Shown here: positions 40,383 through 43,203 of the stretch, piece by piece
How positions within the stretch are numbered: the first letter of the stretch is position 1
Layout: each line of letters opens with the position of its first letter
NCBI GenBank assembly: GCA_049999805.1
Contig: JBNGIO010006371.1
Location: 169,747 to 212,949 of the forward strand
DNA length: 43,203 bases
Direction of reading: 5' to 3'
Source: Folioceros fuciformis
Taxonomy: Eukaryota
Translations under genes and position numbers: made by a program
The notes under the pieces: generated by a model
Database searches by the model: none
What the model was told of the DNA's origin: nothing
Seen by the model: the letters and a program-made list of their open reading frames with translations, nothing else

Positions 40383-42550
40383 TGATACCAGATGGTTACA
40401 TATGTATCAACCAAGAAAAGTCTGCACATTGCTTGAACTGGAGAACTTTAGCCAATTCCTGGTCAGTCATTGTAGCCCAAGCTTCTAACTCACTACATGT
40501 AGCCCCTCGTATCATTTGGGCTGGACCTTTAAAGGATTTTGAATCCTGCTTGACCTTTATAGGATTTTGAATCCTACTTCTCCAAACTGGTGGATAAGCA
40601 ACTACCACATTCAATTTGAAATTCTCAACTACCGTAATCCTTTGCAAAATTGTCCATGCTCTCCACAACCAGAGGAAGAGTACTTGGATCATGTCACTAA
40701 TTTCTTGTAGGGGAAAGCTCTTACATGGTGGAGAACTTATATGGACACCGTCAAGCAAGGTAATACAAAAGCAACCATTCTCACTTGGGCAGATTTTAAG
40801 AATGCATTGCAACTTCATTTCCAACCATTTGATGCTGCAACGTTGGCACGGAGAATGCTAGATAACGTAAAGCATACAGGAACTTTGGGGGAGTATGTAA
40901 TGGAGTTCAGCTCATTCATTCTACATTGCCCTGAAATGCATGAGTTAGGTAAACTCTACAAATTCAATTGTGGACTTCAAAAGTGGGCTCAAGATACAAT
41001 TGCTTTGACAAAAGCTTAGACATTAGAAGATGCTGTAGCAGCAGCCAATGAGATACCAGATGCAACCAAAGAGATACAAGACGGAGCCAAAGAGATACTA
41101 GATGCAGCAAAAGAGATACCAAATGCAGCAAACGAGATACTAGAAGTGGCTAAGGAGATACCAAACACAAACAAAGAGAAATTAGATGCAGCTAAAGAGA
41201 TACCACACACTTATCTTGTTGAGGGAGCATGAGGGTCTACTAGAGGAAGATATACAAGATCTTCTCCAGGAGGATTAAATTTTGGAGGTAGAGGACAAGC
41301 TAACGCCGTCAGGAATAATAGTGGAATACATGAAGGTCTTGGCAAAGGTGCTATTAGAAATGATAGTAGAATAAATAAAACTCCAGGCAAAGGAAGAGTT
41401 GGAGGAGCCATGGAGGAGCCACTGGAGGTCGTGGGGATTCAAAGATGACATGCCCTTGCTTTGGTACATGCTTCAGTTGTGGAGATTCTTGGGCTTCCTT
41501 GCTCGACTACTTTCAGCAATAAGCTTTACCTCGTCTTGGTTATCATCCCTCTCAACTTCTTTGAGCTTCCTCTTTCCTTTAGCCTCTTGCTTTGGTACAT
41601 GCTTCAGTTGTGGAGATTCTTGGGCTTCCTTGCTTGACTACTTTCAGCAATAAGCTTTACCTTGCCCTGGTCATCATCCCTCTCAACTTTTTTGAGCTTC
41701 CTCTTTCCTTTAGTCTCTTGCTCCACAGCTTCCAATCTTTTCATGAGATTTTGAAGCCCTTTTTCTAGCATGGTGTTGGTCTTGGGCTTGGAGGTTCGTG
41801 CCTCTGCCATTCCAAGAATTGGTGGGTCCAACTATGGCTCATCCATTACACCCTCTGCAACAAGAGCCTTCTATTTTCTATGCACTACTGTATCTAATAC
41901 CAGGGTAACACCTTCTTATCAACACAGAGGCTAGGGGCAGACCTACAGTTAGAAGCAAAAACAAAACCAAACCCCAACACTAGGCTTCCAAGTAGCTCCC
42001 CTTCTCCTTAAGGAGGGTTGTCAATTAGCAAAGAGCAAGAGGGCTATCAGTTAGCACTCTTTGCTGCTGCTCTTTATCCAAGAATGAGTCAACAAGAAAA
42101 CATGTGAGACAAGAGAAAACTTCCCAAGGAGCCTAGCTTTTTCGACACTGCCTCCTCTTCAAAACAAGCTCTAAGTAGCATGTAATCTCCACACTCCCAG
42201 AGCTTGGGGGCACCCGGGTTGAACCTGAAGAGTGTGGCTCAAGTTATCTCCTCTGGCTTGCTCACACTCTAAACTTGCACAGCTTATATGCACCCCAACC
42301 CTATCCTGAAGAGTGTAACCTAATTGCTTGCCATGTAAATCTTAGACAGACTTGTAGAGGATCACCAACTCCACAAAATTCCCAAGGATCGCAATTTGAT
42401 CTATAAAACGGGCATCCATGCCAAAAGCATACTAGCTTTCTTAAACTCAAAGGTAAGCCATGCACCACTCACTCTAATCTCAAAGACTAGATTATAGAAA
42501 ATGCCGGACGAAATCCTTCCACTATGTAGCAAATTTGATTTGAACTAAAA
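40383..42550. mobile_element. Degraded, rearranged LTR-retrotransposon remnant(s) with gag fragments
   Basis: + strand Retrotrans_gag-like TWADFKNALQLHF..GTLGEYVMEF..KLYKFNCGL (40741-41019); 21-bp repeats at 41030-41205; ~131-bp duplication at 41456-41720; PBS-like TGGTATTAGA on the minus strand at 41893-41902; many stops, CpG-poor; boundaries approximate. Confidence 0.7.
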
Positions 42551-43203
42551 TTCTCAAAACCAGTGTAATGAAGTCTAACCAACAACCCGCTACTAAGTGC
42601 AGCACAAGGTGTTGTTGCACTTCTGCATGTTCGGATCTTGGTATGGTAACTATTTTCTAACGACGGTTACCATGACTTGTTCCATTTATTGCTTTGACGT
42701 ATGGGTGACCCTGAACACCAGCACAAGCAGCTGCATCCTTCTCGGCACCAAGCTACCGGGTGGACAAGCTCTGCCATCGTTTCACTGTCTCATAGCTCCT
42801 GGCTGCCTGGATGCTTATGAATCATGGCTCGGGAACTACAAGTTTCCTCATTCCAGCAAGCTTGCTCCATCAGACCAGACGGGCTCCACCGCTGCTAACA
42901 GGACCTCACAAATGAATCAGTCAGTCCGGAGTACCAATCCAACTCCGTCTCATCTCGACGTTGATGAATGGGGCAGTTACACATTCATGTCTTGTACAAA
43001 CACAGTCACGGTCCGTAACCTGTATTTCTCGGTGGAGGCAGGGCCCCTCGACAAGACGGCACAACGGAAAGGGATATGACAAACTTATGCCGAGCGAGTC
43101 GTAGCACCGTAGGTTATATATTCTACTACAAGGCCGCCTGCGCGAAACGACGGGCTTGTAGCCGCGAGGGAGTGGCAAGACTGTCTCCAAGCTGGGGTGG
43201 GGA

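Overview
Gene-dense nuclear DNA from a non-seed land plant. A hornwort such as Anthoceros is my best inference, from the short GT-AG introns, very small intergenic spacers, a PLS-PPR with a WW-type PG box and a cpSRP54 that keeps its SRP-RNA-binding motifs. About 15 intact genes in order: multi-exon LRR receptor kinase (-), NIP7 (-), PLS-E+ PPR editing factor (+), SnRK1 beta subunit (+), plastid uL1 (-), J-domain protein (-), RabA5 (+), CrRLK1L/THE1-FER-like kinase (+), cytosolic TrpRS (-), eL21 (+), CYP97C/LUT1 (-), cpSRP54 (+), two tandem class II-like sHSPs (+) and an OTU deubiquitinase (-). There are three AT-rich repeat or TE-like islands (about 10.4-12.7, 22.3-23.7 and 40.4-42.6 kb) and two 100-N gaps (6964-7063, 22235-22334). 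I found no clearly new multi-gene system. The best leads are the decayed-DYW WW-type PPR with a readable target code, an HPCA1-like Cys motif in the LRR-RLK, a long hairpin after the CrRLK1L stop, an orphan repeat ORF with a lipidation motif, an uncalled open frame behind the LRR-RLK, and the head-to-head LUT1/cpSRP54 pair. Exon boundaries were read by eye and family assignments come from motif recognition, not searches.
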